From NCBI GenBank assembly GCA_013695835.1, contig JACCZU010000186.1, forward strand, positions 1 through 48,019: a stretch of DNA of 48,019 bases, given 5' to 3'. This DNA comes from Actinomycetota bacterium. Its GTDB lineage: Bacteria > Actinomycetota > CADDZG01 > WHSQ01. Of the stretch, positions 19,586 to 28,020 are shown in pieces (position 1 is the first letter of the stretch; each line of letters starts with the position of its first letter). Position numbers and translations under genes: made by a program. The notes beneath the pieces were generated by a model, which made no database searches, was not told the origin of the DNA, and worked only from the letters and a program-made list of their open reading frames with translations.

Positions 19586-20920
19586 ATGAAGCCCCTAATG
19601 AATAAATCGTCGGATCGCCAATCCTTCACCTCCCTCGGCCCCCTGGTGGGGGAGCTTGGCGTCCCCGGAGACAAGTCGATCACGCACCGCGCCCTGATCC
19701 TGGCGGCGCTGGCGCGCGGCCGCTCGGTTCTGACCGGGGTGGGCCGCGGCCTCGATGTCGCGGCAACCGCCCGCATCCTCGGCTCCGTGGGGGCCGTCGT
19801 TGCCGGCGACCCTGCAAAGTCTCAGCTTGAAGTTGAGGGTTGTGGATGGTCCGGCCTGACCGAGAGCACAGACGTGCTCGATGCAGGCAACTCGGGGACC
19901 ACCCTGCGACTCATGCTTGGGGTCTTGGCGGCCGCTCGAGGCGCCTTCTTTCTGTCGGGTGACGCTTCGCTCGGGGGACGGCCGATGGGGCGGATCGTGG
20001 CACCCCTCAGGGCCATGGGCGCCACCATCGACGGGCGCGCAGGGGGCGACAGAGCCCCGCTCATGGTCAGGGGCTCGGAGCTCACAGGGGTCGACCACGT
20101 CCTTCCCGTAGCGAGCGCTCAGGTGAAAAGCGCCTTGCTCCTTGCGGGGTTGCGGGCCAACGGACGCACCACGGTCACCGAGCCTGCGGCCAGCCGTGAC
20201 CATACCGAGCGGATGCTTGCTGCGGTCGGTGTTCCCATCGAACGGCGGGGGCAATGGAGCTCGGTGGCGGGCCGCCATGAGGACCTCGCGCCCGTCGCCA
20301 GGAGGATCCCCGGCGACATCTCCTCGGCGATGTTCCTCGTCGTCGCCGCAACGCTTGTGCCGGGCTCCGATGTGACCGTCACGGGGGTTGGCCTCAATCC
20401 CACCCGGACCGGGGCCCTCGAGGTGCTCGAGGCCATGGGTGCCCGGATCGAGGTCGGCTCGCCCGTGGATCTGGGCGGGGAGCCCGCCGGCTGCATCAGG
20501 GTGCGGGCCGGTGAGCTCGGTACAGCCGCCATCGACGCCGCCATCGTCCCGAGGCTCGTCGACGAGCTTCCGATCCTCGCGATCGCTGCAACGCAAGCGA
20601 CCGGTGAGACGGTGATCAGCGGCGCAGCGGAGCTAAGGGTCAAGGAGTCGGATCGGATCGCAACCGTCGTCCAGGGCTTGAAGGTTTTGGGTGCCGACGT
20701 CGACGCCCTCGATGACGGGTTGGTGATAAGGGGCCCCTGTGCCTTGCGCGGAGGGGTCGTCGACTCGCACGGCGACCACCGGGTGGCGCTGGCCTTTGCG
20801 GTTGCGGGGCTGATTGCCAAAGGCAAAGTTGAGGTCGAAGGTTGGCACGCCGTCGACTCATCCTTCCCTGAGTTTCTTGGCCTCCTCGACCGGGTCGGCA
20901 GGGGAGGCAGTCCCCGATGA
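19586..20920 (+). CDS. aroA: 3-phosphoshikimate 1-carboxyvinyltransferase (EPSP synthase)
   Basis: PGDKSITHRA, AGNSGTTLRL, LGGRPMGR and SAQVKSALLLAGL are present. Length is 444 aa. Confidence 0.95.
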   Translation: MKPLMNKSSDRQSFTSLGPLVGELGVPGDKSITHRALILAALARGRSVLTGVGRGLDVAATARILGSVGAVVAGDPAKSQLEVEGCGWSGLTESTDVLDAGNSGTTLRLMLGVLAAARGAFFLSGDASLGGRPMGRIVAPLRAMGATIDGRAGGDRAPLMVRGSELTGVDHVLPVASAQVKSALLLAGLRANGRTTVTEPAASRDHTERMLAAVGVPIERRGQWSSVAGRHEDLAPVARRIPGDISSAMFLVVAATLVPGSDVTVTGVGLNPTRTGALEVLEAMGARIEVGSPVDLGGEPAGCIRVRAGELGTAAIDAAIVPRLVDELPILAIAATQATGETVISGAAELRVKESDRIATVVQGLKVLGADVDALDDGLVIRGPCALRGGVVDSHGDHRVALAFAVAGLIAKGKVEVEGWHAVDSSFPEFLGLLDRVGRGGSPR

Positions 20921-21597
20921 CGGTGATAATCGCGATGGACGGGCCCGCCGGAGCGGGGAAGAGCACGATCGCACGTGAGGTCGCCCGCGCGCTCGGCTTC
21001 AAGCACGTAGACACTGGCGCCATGTACAGAGCCGTCGCCCTCGGCGTGCTCGATCGGGGCCTCGAGGGCGAGTCGAGCACGGCCATCGAGGAGCTTGCGT
21101 CCACGCTTGACATCGAGGTGGATGGGAACAGGGTCTGGATCGACGGCGTCGAAGCGAGTGCGCGCATAAGAGGGGCCGAGGTGAACGGCGTCGTGTCCGC
21201 TGTGGCCGCCCGGCCCGGCGTGCGCCGGCATCTTGCCGATCGCCAGCGCCGTCTCGCTGCCGGCGACGGCGTCGTGATGGAGGGCCGGGATATCGGCTCT
21301 GTGGTGTTCCCAGACGCTGCCGTCAAGCTCTATCTCACCGCGGCCATCGAGGAGCGCGCCCGCCGGCGCCTCGAGGAGCTTCCCGCAGGCGCTGAGTCCT
21401 CGCTCGACGAGACGGCGGCGGCGATCGCGACACGCGATGCCGCCGATGCCGGACGGACGGAGTCGCCCCTCGTGCGGGCCCCGGACGCCGTCGTGGTCGA
21501 TTCCACGGGCAAAGACGTCCGTGAGGTCGTCGACCAGGTGCTTGCCATCATCACCCGTGCTGTGCCCGGCCTCATCACAGTGCAACCAGAGGGGTGA
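20917..21597 (+). CDS. cmk: cytidylate kinase
   Basis: [37 protein letters not shown]. The start overlaps the aroA stop by 4 nt. Confidence 0.93.
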   Translation: MTVIIAMDGPAGAGKSTIAREVARALGFKHVDTGAMYRAVALGVLDRGLEGESSTAIEELASTLDIEVDGNRVWIDGVEASARIRGAEVNGVVSAVAARPGVRRHLADRQRRLAAGDGVVMEGRDIGSVVFPDAAVKLYLTAAIEERARRRLEELPAGAESSLDETAAAIATRDAADAGRTESPLVRAPDAVVVDSTGKDVREVVDQVLAIITRAVPGLITVQPEG

Positions 21598-22967
21598 GCG
21601 TGGCCCAGGCTCGCCCCGGCGAGAGCGGAAACGCCGGAGGCGGGGTGCCGGTAGTGGCGGTGGTGGGACGTCCCAACGTCGGCAAGTCGTCGCTTGTCAA
21701 CCGCATCATCGGGCGGCGCGAGGCGATCGTCGAGGCCTCCCCCGGCGTCACGCGCGATCGCCGAGCCTTCAACGCTGAGTGGGCGGGGCGGCGCTTCGAG
21801 ATCATCGACACGGGTGGGCTCGAGGCGGGGGTAGAGGGACTCGAAGCGCAGGTCGCAGAGCAAGCTCACATAGCGATCGCGGTCGCAGACCTCATCCTCT
21901 TCGTCGTCGACGCAGTCGCAGGTCCCACGGAGGACGACCTGCGCGTCGCCGATCTTCTGAGGCGCTCGGGCAAACCCGTGATCGTGGCCGCCAACAAGGT
22001 CGACGGCGCGGCCGATGAGCCGGGGGCGGCGGACTTCTACCGGCTCGGGCTCGGGGACCCCGTTGCCGTATCGGCGGTGCACGGACGGGGCTCGGGAGAC
22101 CTTCTCGAAGCCGTCATCGGCCGACTCGCTCCCGGCGACCCAAGCCCCTCCCGGGAGTGGGCGGCGGCGGCCATCGTGGGCCGGCCCAACGTCGGCAAGT
22201 CGTCCATCCTCAACGCCCTCCTCGGCGCCGAGCGCTCGATCGTCGACGCCTCCCCCGGCACGACCCGCGACCCCGTTGACTCTCACCTCGCCATGCCCGA
22301 CGGGCGTGTCCTTCGCATAGCGGACACCGCGGGGATGCGAAGGCGCGTGCGCATCGAGGATCCCATCGAGTACTTCAGCTGGCTCCGCTCGAGGGCGACG
22401 CTTCGGCGCGTCGACGTGGTCGTGCTCGTGGCCGACGCCTCGACCGGGATCACCGCTCACGATCAGCGCATTGCTCAGGAGATCGTGGCCGAGGGCCGCT
22501 CCTGCGTCCTCGTGTTCAACAAGTGGGATCTCATTCCCTCCGATGAGCTCGAGGTGGATCGACTCGAGCGCGACCTGACCGCGCGTATGCGCTTTCTCGA
22601 CTGGGCGGTCGTTGTGCGGACGTCCGCCGTTACCAAGCGGGGGATGGCCCGGCTGCTGCCCGCCGTCGACGAGGCGATCGCTTCGCACCGGTACCGTCTC
22701 GCTACGGCTGAGCTCAACCGCCTTGTGCGCGATGCACAGGAGCGTCGCCCGCACTCAAGGACCGGAGGGCGGGCAATCCGGATCTTGTACGCGGTCCAGG
22801 CACGTGTGTCCCCGCCGACGGTTGTGCTCTTCACCACGGGAGCGATCGAGACCGCCTATGTGCGCTACATCGAGCACCAGATCAGGGCCACGGGGGCATT
22901 TGCCGGGAGCCCGATCGCCATCAGGGTCAGGCAAAGAGCCTCAGGGGACACGCCGCGCCGGCCCTGA
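21594..22967 (+). CDS. der: ribosome-associated GTPase Der (EngA); an alternative start is GTG 21645 after GGAGG
   Basis: Two G domains ([10 protein letters not shown] twice, with DTGG and DTAG) plus a KH-like C-terminus. Confidence 0.93.
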   Translation: MSVAQARPGESGNAGGGVPVVAVVGRPNVGKSSLVNRIIGRREAIVEASPGVTRDRRAFNAEWAGRRFEIIDTGGLEAGVEGLEAQVAEQAHIAIAVADLILFVVDAVAGPTEDDLRVADLLRRSGKPVIVAANKVDGAADEPGAADFYRLGLGDPVAVSAVHGRGSGDLLEAVIGRLAPGDPSPSREWAAAAIVGRPNVGKSSILNALLGAERSIVDASPGTTRDPVDSHLAMPDGRVLRIADTAGMRRRVRIEDPIEYFSWLRSRATLRRVDVVVLVADASTGITAHDQRIAQEIVAEGRSCVLVFNKWDLIPSDELEVDRLERDLTARMRFLDWAVVVRTSAVTKRGMARLLPAVDEAIASHRYRLATAELNRLVRDAQERRPHSRTGGRAIRILYAVQARVSPPTVVLFTTGAIETAYVRYIEHQIRATGAFAGSPIAIRVRQRASGDTPRRP

Positions 22968-22973
22968 GGCCCG

Positions 22974-23063
22974 GCCGCGACGCCAGGTCTCCGCGCTCCG
23001 TGACCCGTGGTGGGACCCGCCGCGACGCCAGGTCTCCGCGCTCCCTGAGCCGTGGTGAGGCCC
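22974..23063. repeat. 45-bp tandem direct repeat, two copies (41/45 identical)
   Basis: Copy 1 at 22974-23018 is GCCGCGACGCCAGGTCTCCGCGCTCCGTGACCCGTGGTGGGACCC. Copy 2 at 23019-23063 has 4 mismatches. The repeats sit between the der stop and tRNA-Pro. Confidence 0.85.
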
Positions 23064-23081
23064 GGGGGTATGATTGCCTCA

Positions 23082-23159
23082 CGGGACGTGGCGCAGCTTG
23101 GTTAGCGCACTGGTCTGGGGGACCAGGGGTCGCCGGTTCAAATCCGGCCGTCCCGACCA
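23082..23159 (+). tRNA. tRNA-Pro (anticodon GGG), CCA encoded
   Basis: Hand-folded cloverleaf. Acceptor CGGGACG/CGTCCCG, D stem GCGC/GCGC, anticodon stem CTGGT/ACCAG with loop CTGGGGG (G37), T arm GCCGG-TTCAAAT-CCGGC, then discriminator A and CCA. Confidence 0.93.
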
Positions 23160-23197
23160 GATCGTGTTGTTCTCCACCCACTAGAGGGAGGGCGAAG

Positions 23198-23761
23198 GTG
23201 ACCTCGACTCCCGGAGCGGCCACTCGGCGCGTGCTCACGGTCCCCAATGTGCTGTCGTTCGTGCGCCTTGGCACCGTGCCCATCTTCGTGTGGTTGTTCG
23301 TGTCGGGGAGGACCGAGGCGGCCGTGATCCTGTATGCGGTGGGAGCGAGCACAGACTGGCTCGACGGCTATCTCGCGCGCCGGATGGATGCGGTGTCCGA
23401 GCTCGGCCGCCTGCTCGACCCCGTGGCGGACCGGATCTTTATCGCCGCCCTTGCTGTGGCCCTCGTTGGCGCTGGTGAGCTTCCCCTCGCGGTCGCCGCT
23501 GCGCTCGTCGCACGCGACGCTCTGCTCGTGGGGGGCTGGCTGCTGCTCGAAGGGCGGGGCAGCAGGGCGATACCCGTCAGCCTGCCGGGCAAGGTCGCCA
23601 CCGCGGCGCTCCTTACAGGGCTTACTCTGATGGCCGTAGCGGCCACGAGCTGGGGGTTTGGTGAGTCCTGGCGCACGGCCGGCCTGATCCTCGTGCTGAT
23701 CGGGACTGCTCTGTATTGGGTCGTCGGAGCAGCCTACGCACGCAGGGCCTTTGGTCCGTAG
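23198..23761 (+). CDS. pgsA: CDP-alcohol phosphatidyltransferase (PgsA-like)
   Basis: GTG 23198 follows AGAGGGAGGG. TDWLDGYLARRMDAVSELGRLLDPVADR matches the D-G-x2-A-R-x8-G-x3-D-x3-D motif. Confidence 0.85.
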   Translation: MTSTPGAATRRVLTVPNVLSFVRLGTVPIFVWLFVSGRTEAAVILYAVGASTDWLDGYLARRMDAVSELGRLLDPVADRIFIAALAVALVGAGELPLAVAAALVARDALLVGGWLLLEGRGSRAIPVSLPGKVATAALLTGLTLMAVAATSWGFGESWRTAGLILVLIGTALYWVVGAAYARRAFGP

Positions 23762-23804
23762 ATTCGTTACTTAGATATTTGCCGACAAGTCAACAAATAT
23801 ACTT

Positions 23805-23857
23805 GTGGAGGAGGGAAAAGGGTGGGGGAGGGAAAGAGGGTGGAGGAGGGAAAGAGG
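23805..23857 (+). repeat. purine-rich tandem repeat, three units of 17/18 bp, each carrying GGAGG plus GTG
   Basis: The units are GTGGAGGAGGGAAAAGG (23805-23821), GTGGGGGAGGGAAAGAGG (23822-23839) and GTGGAGGAGGGAAAGAGG (23840-23857). They are followed directly by GTG 23858. Confidence 0.8.
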
Positions 23858-24244
23858 GTGGAGCTACCAAAGGATCGCCGGTACTCGAGCGAGCACGAGT
23901 GGGCGCAGGAAAATGGGGGTCGTATCGTCGTGGGTATCACCGACTACGCCCAGGACCAGCTCGGCGACGTCGTCTATGTCGGGCTCCCCGACGACGGCGC
24001 CGAGGTTCACGCCGGCCAGCCGTTCGGCGAGGTCGAGTCGACCAAGTCCGTGTCCGACATCTACAGCCCGGTGTCGGGAGTCGTGGTCACGACCAACGGG
24101 GCGGTCGAGTCCAACCCCGAGCTCATCAACTCCGACCCATACGGCGACGGATGGCTCGTCGTCATCGAACCGGCAGACGGGCAGTCGCTCGATGCGCTCA
24201 TGGACCCTTCGGCCTACGAGCGGCAGATCGGGGAGGGCTCCTAA
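23858..24244 (+). CDS. gcvH: glycine cleavage system H protein (alternative in-frame starts at 23840 and 23822)
   Basis: VELPKDRRYSSEHEW...VGITDYAQDQLGDVVYV...VESTKSVSDIYSPVSG carries the lipoyl-lysine motif. The N-terminus at 23858 matches the length of recalled E. coli GcvH. Confidence 0.92.
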   Translation: MELPKDRRYSSEHEWAQENGGRIVVGITDYAQDQLGDVVYVGLPDDGAEVHAGQPFGEVESTKSVSDIYSPVSGVVVTTNGAVESNPELINSDPYGDGWLVVIEPADGQSLDALMDPSAYERQIGEGS

Positions 24245-24297
24245 ATGTGCGCGCCGAGGCTTCCCAACCCTAAAGTTTCGCTATAGGGTCGGCTGAG

Positions 24298-24765
24298 ATG
24301 TTCTGCACTAACTGCGGCCACAAGAACCCTGAAGGCTCCAACTTCTGCGCGTCCTGCGGAACCCCGCTTGCCGAAGGCGCGGGACCGGACACCACGGTCA
24401 ATTTCCTTCCCGCAGAGCTCGAGTCCGACCTCGACGAAGAGGTGCACATCTCCCCCGACGAGCTCGAGGGCGGCAGGGGAGTCCTCATCGTCAAGCGAGG
24501 GCCCAATGCGGGCAGCAAGTTCTTCGTCGACAGCGCAGGGGCCGCCCTTGGACGAAGCCCCGACAACGACATCTTCCTCGATGACATCACGGTGTCCCGC
24601 CGCCACGTCGAGATCACAAGGCCGGGGGAGTCATTTACCCTTAAGGATGTTGGAAGCCTCAATGGGACCTACATCAATCGCGAGCGGGTCGAAGAGGCCG
24701 AGCTGCGGTCGGGGGATGAGATCCAGATAGGCAAATTCAAGATCATCTTTCTCACCGGGAGCTGA
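24298..24765 (+). CDS. garA: FHA-domain regulator, GarA/OdhI-like, with an N-terminal zinc ribbon
   Basis: LIVKRGPNAGSKFFVD...GRSPDNDIFLDDITVSRRHVEI...DVGSLNGTYINRE...GDEIQIGKFKIIFLTG is near-colinear with recalled M. tuberculosis GarA. The N-terminus is CTNCGHKNPEGSNFCASCG. Confidence 0.85.
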   Translation: MFCTNCGHKNPEGSNFCASCGTPLAEGAGPDTTVNFLPAELESDLDEEVHISPDELEGGRGVLIVKRGPNAGSKFFVDSAGAALGRSPDNDIFLDDITVSRRHVEITRPGESFTLKDVGSLNGTYINRERVEEAELRSGDEIQIGKFKIIFLTGS

Positions 24766-24769
24766 GAGC

Positions 24770-25498
24770 GTGCCGTTGTCGAAGTCGCGCGACTACCTGA
24801 GTATCGGGGAGGTCCTCGAGCTGTTGAAAAAGGACTTTCCCGATGTGAGCGTGTCGAAGCTGCGCTTCCTGGAGTCCGAGAACCTCGTGGCGCCCCCCCG
24901 CACGCCGTCCGGCTACCGGAAGTTCTTCGCTGGGGACGTGGACAGACTGCGTTACATCCTGTCGCTGCAGCGTGATCATTTCCTGCCGCTCAAGGTCATT
25001 CGCGAGCGCCTCGAGGCCATCGACGCAGGGAGCTCAGGCTACGACGTGAGCCTCGTTGAGGCAGGAGAGCCCCCGACGGCCGCTCCGGAGCGGCCGCGCG
25101 GGACCGCGGAGCACTACGACGTCGATCTCACAGGGACTCAGCTGAGCCGCAGGGAGCTCACCGAGGCCACCGGGCTCACCGAGGAGCAGCTGACGGGCTT
25201 GGAGGAGTTTGGGCTTCTGGCAAGGGCCGAAGGGGGCTCCTACGACGAGAACGACCTGATGGTGGGGCGGGCCGCCCGTGGCCTTCTCGAGCACGGCCTC
25301 GAACCCAGGCACCTCCGGATGTACAGGCAGTTCGCCGACCGGGAGGCGGCTTTCTACGAGCAGATCGTGTCTCCGATCGCCCACCGTCGCGATCCCGATG
25401 CGCGCAGCCTGGCCTACAGGTCGCTGCAGGAGCTCCTCGAGCTGTCCCGGCAGATGCGAGAGGCGGCGCTGCGCTCCAGTCTGCGGGGCCTCAGATAG
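24770..25498 (+). CDS. MerR-family transcriptional regulator (Rv1828/FtsR-like position)
   Basis: HTH region LSIGEVLELLKKDFPDVSVSKLRFLESENLV...SGYRKF, with a second MerR-like C-terminal half. It lies directly after the garA-like gene. Confidence 0.85.
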   Translation: MPLSKSRDYLSIGEVLELLKKDFPDVSVSKLRFLESENLVAPPRTPSGYRKFFAGDVDRLRYILSLQRDHFLPLKVIRERLEAIDAGSSGYDVSLVEAGEPPTAAPERPRGTAEHYDVDLTGTQLSRRELTEATGLTEEQLTGLEEFGLLARAEGGSYDENDLMVGRAARGLLEHGLEPRHLRMYRQFADREAAFYEQIVSPIAHRRDPDARSLAYRSLQELLELSRQMREAALRSSLRGLR

Positions 25499-25518
25499 AG
25501 CGGGGCACTCGTAGCTGA

Positions 25519-26664
25519 ATGCATTTATCGATTTATCGCTTTGTAGTCTTGTGCACCTCGGTCTTCCTTGGCCTCGGCCCCGGCGGGCCGGCGCAGGCGG
25601 GGGGGCCAAGGGTGACCTGCCGGGCGTGTGTGCTCGTGGACGAAGAGGGACGCACGATCTGGGGACGTGACGAAAACCTGCCGCTTCCCAATGCCAGCAC
25701 AACGAAGATGGCCACCGCCATCCTTACGCTGAGCCGCGTCGAGGCCCATGCCGCCGTGACGGTGTCGGCCGGCGCGGCCTCAACGGGCGGCGGCGGCTTC
25801 GATCTTGCGGCGGGGGACCGCTACTCGGTCGCCGAGCTGCTCCATGCGCTGCTGCTGTCGTCCTCGAACGACGCCGCCGTGGCGCTCGCCGAATATGTGG
25901 CAGGCTCAGAAGCGGCCTTTGTCAAAAGGCTAAACCTCACCGTCGATCGGCTGGGGGCCAAGCACACGCACTTCGTCACCGCTCACGGCCTCGACGAGCC
26001 TGGGCATCACGCATCGGCTTCGGACCTCGCCCGCATTGGCGATGCTTTGCTCGAGCGTCCTCTTCTGGCTCGCATCGTGGGGACCTCGGTTACGACGGTC
26101 GGCCGGTTCGGTGGCCGGCGAGTGGAGAACACTAATCCTCTTATCGACACTTATCCGGGGGCCGTAGGAGTCAAGACCGGTTACACGGCCGCCGCCGGAG
26201 AGGTGCTCGTGGCCGCCGCCGAGAGAAAGGGACGGCGCCTGATGGCCGTGGCGATGGGCTCAGACGACGCCGCTGCGGATGCCAGGCGGCTGCTCGATCA
26301 CGGCTTCCGGCAGCTCGCAGAGACGGTCCTGCTCGATGCGAGTAACCCGGCAGGCGCGCTCGTGTTCGACCCTGCGGGAGCGATCGCGGCCACGGCAGCA
26401 CATGCGGTCACCGGCTCTGCGAGACCCTCCGACGTCAAGATCGCGCTGTCTCCCTCCGCCCGGGTATCCCCTCCCTTTCACTCGGGGGAGCAGGTCGGCA
26501 TCTTCGTGGTCACGGCGTCGGATCGCCACGTCGCCACCGTGCCTGCGATCGCAGGCTCTGGGCTGAGCACAGGGGGTCGCGGCGCTCGGGCGGGGTGGAC
26601 CGCAGGAGCGCTTGCTGGGGTGCTTGGAGCCGCGGCTCGTATGCTCGGCTTTACCGGAGGGTAG
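25519..26664 (+). CDS. D-alanyl-D-alanine carboxypeptidase (serine peptidase S11, low-MW PBP)
   Basis: Signal peptide, then SxxK (ASTTKM), SxN (SSSND) and KTG (VKTGYT) motifs in the canonical order. Confidence 0.85.
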   Translation: MHLSIYRFVVLCTSVFLGLGPGGPAQAGGPRVTCRACVLVDEEGRTIWGRDENLPLPNASTTKMATAILTLSRVEAHAAVTVSAGAASTGGGGFDLAAGDRYSVAELLHALLLSSSNDAAVALAEYVAGSEAAFVKRLNLTVDRLGAKHTHFVTAHGLDEPGHHASASDLARIGDALLERPLLARIVGTSVTTVGRFGGRRVENTNPLIDTYPGAVGVKTGYTAAAGEVLVAAAERKGRRLMAVAMGSDDAAADARRLLDHGFRQLAETVLLDASNPAGALVFDPAGAIAATAAHAVTGSARPSDVKIALSPSARVSPPFHSGEQVGIFVVTASDRHVATVPAIAGSGLSTGGRGARAGWTAGALAGVLGAAARMLGFTGG

Positions 26665-27264
26665 ATGGCGTCCAGAAGCGGCCCGGGGGCCGCCGAGATC
26701 CTCATAGGGCGGCACGACATTAGCCGGCGAGTCCACGAGCTCGCAGCGCAGCTCCAGGCGGATCTGGCCACCGCCGCCGGGCCGCCGATCCTCGTCGGCG
26801 TTCTCAAGGGCTCGACCCTGTTTCTGTCCGACCTCGTACGCGCGATGGACATTGACGTCGCCGTCGACTTCATGTCCATCTCCTCCTACCGTTCGACCGT
26901 GGCTCAGCCTGGAAGTGTGCGCATTATCAAGGACCTCGACTCCGACGTGACGGGCCGAGATGTCGTCATCGTGGAAGATATCGTCGACACCGGTCTCACG
27001 CTCAACTACCTCAGGCAGACGATCCTTCAGCGAGGCCCGAGGTCCGTGAGGGCTGTGACGCTCCTGAACAAGTCGGTGCGCCGCATCGTCCCCGTCCCGC
27101 TCGAGTATGTGGGCTTCGACGCCCCCGATGTCTTCGTCGTCGGATACGGCCTCGATTTCCAAGGCAACTACAGGAATGTGCCCGACATCATTGCCGTAAG
27201 GGATGTCGCGCGGCTGGTCGAGAACCCCAGGCTCCTGGTCGGGCCGCTGTTCCTTGGCGATTAG
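26665..27264 (+). CDS. hpt: hypoxanthine phosphoribosyltransferase
   Basis: VGVLKGSTLFLSDL, VDFMSISSY, the PRPP loop VVIVEDIVDTGLTL, and FVVGYGLDF. Confidence 0.92.
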   Translation: MASRSGPGAAEILIGRHDISRRVHELAAQLQADLATAAGPPILVGVLKGSTLFLSDLVRAMDIDVAVDFMSISSYRSTVAQPGSVRIIKDLDSDVTGRDVVIVEDIVDTGLTLNYLRQTILQRGPRSVRAVTLLNKSVRRIVPVPLEYVGFDAPDVFVVGYGLDFQGNYRNVPDIIAVRDVARLVENPRLLVGPLFLGD

Positions 27265-27294
27265 CGATGGATGCGGTGGTAGCCTCGCGTCGCA

Positions 27295-27774
27295 ATGATT
27301 GAGCTGTCGCTGATCGGTGTGAGAGTTGAGCTGCCCTCGAACCAGCCAATCGTGTTGCTCAAGGAGGCCGGCGGTGAACGCTACCTTCCCATCTGGATAG
27401 GAGCCGTCGAGGCCACCGCAATCGCGTTCGCGCTGCAGGGAATCCAAACGCCGCGGCCCATGACGCACGACCTGCTGCGCAACATCCTGACCGAGACCGC
27501 GGTCGAGGTCGAGCGCATCCTCGTGAGCGAGCTCGTTGACCAAACCTTTTTTGCGACCATCAGGATGCACAGCGATGGGAAGGTGGCCGAGGTCTCGTCC
27601 CGTCCAAGCGATGCCATCGCCTTGGCGGTTCGGATCAACGCGCCGATCTACGCCGCTGAAGAGGTACTCGAGCAGGCGGGCATCGAGCTCAAAGAGGACG
27701 AGGAGACCGAGGTCGAGAAGTTCAGGGAGTTCCTCGACCAGGTCGATCCGGAGGACTTCGGCGGGGGCCGCTAG
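27295..27774 (+). CDS. bifunctional nuclease family protein (DUF151, Rv1829-like)
   Basis: QPIVLLKEAGGERYLPIWIGAVEATAIAFALQGIQTPRPMTHDLL is the family signature. The protein has an acidic C-terminal tail. Confidence 0.85.
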   Translation: MIELSLIGVRVELPSNQPIVLLKEAGGERYLPIWIGAVEATAIAFALQGIQTPRPMTHDLLRNILTETAVEVERILVSELVDQTFFATIRMHSDGKVAEVSSRPSDAIALAVRINAPIYAAEEVLEQAGIELKEDEETEVEKFREFLDQVDPEDFGGGR

Positions 27775-27877
27775 GGCACAGGGCCCACGACCCCTCCGCA
27801 ACCCTGCATCGCCGGCCCCCCAACCAGACACGCTCGTTCCAACCCTCAACTACCGGGTTCGAGATGGCTCGGCATCG

Positions 27878-27907
27878 TTGACAACCTGTGGACATTTTCC
27901 GTAATCT
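27878..27907 (+). promoter_or_regulatory. candidate sigma-70-type promoter TTGACA-N18-TAATCT
   Basis: A perfect -35 hexamer (27878-27883) and a TAnnnT-type -10 (27902-27907) lie in the AT-richest part of the 302-bp gap. This would give a roughly 170-nt leader to the MerR gene at 28077. Confidence 0.35.
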
Positions 27908-27952
27908 GTTCGAGTTACGCTGTTGTACTTTTGTGCTTGTCATCTCGCAGTA

Positions 27953-28020
27953 GGCCTTCGGGATAAGTGGGGCCTTTGGGATAAGTAGGGCCTTGTGAAT
28001 CAGTGGCCTTGTGGGCGAGC
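27953..28020 (+). repeat. tandem GGCCTT-headed repeats, about four units of 16-18 bp
   Basis: The units are GGCCTTCGGGATAAGTGG (27953-27970), GGCCTTTGGGATAAGTAG (27971-27988), GGCCTTGTGAATCAGT (27989-28004) and GGCCTTGTGGGCGAGC (28005-28020). Confidence 0.8.

Noticed and set aside
22968-23197. Integrated mobile element at tRNA-Pro.
   Set aside because: There is no integrase, no duplicated tRNA 3' end and no composition shift downstream. The next genes (pgsA, gcvH, garA) continue conserved core synteny.
26260-27849. 529-aa ORF antisense to the dacB-like gene, hpt and the DUF151 gene. Similar shadow ORFs are at 28559..29764, 33399..34328, 37512..38510, 38580..39359, 44307..45536, 45449..46153 and 46897..47760.
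   Set aside because: These are shadow ORFs opposite well-supported genes. Their composition is typical of an out-of-frame high-GC translation.
27953-28020. CRISPR array interpretation of the short tandem repeats here and at 22974-23063 and 23805-23857.
   Set aside because: The units are directly adjacent with no spacers and occur in only 2-4 copies of 16-45 bp. There are no cas genes in the window.
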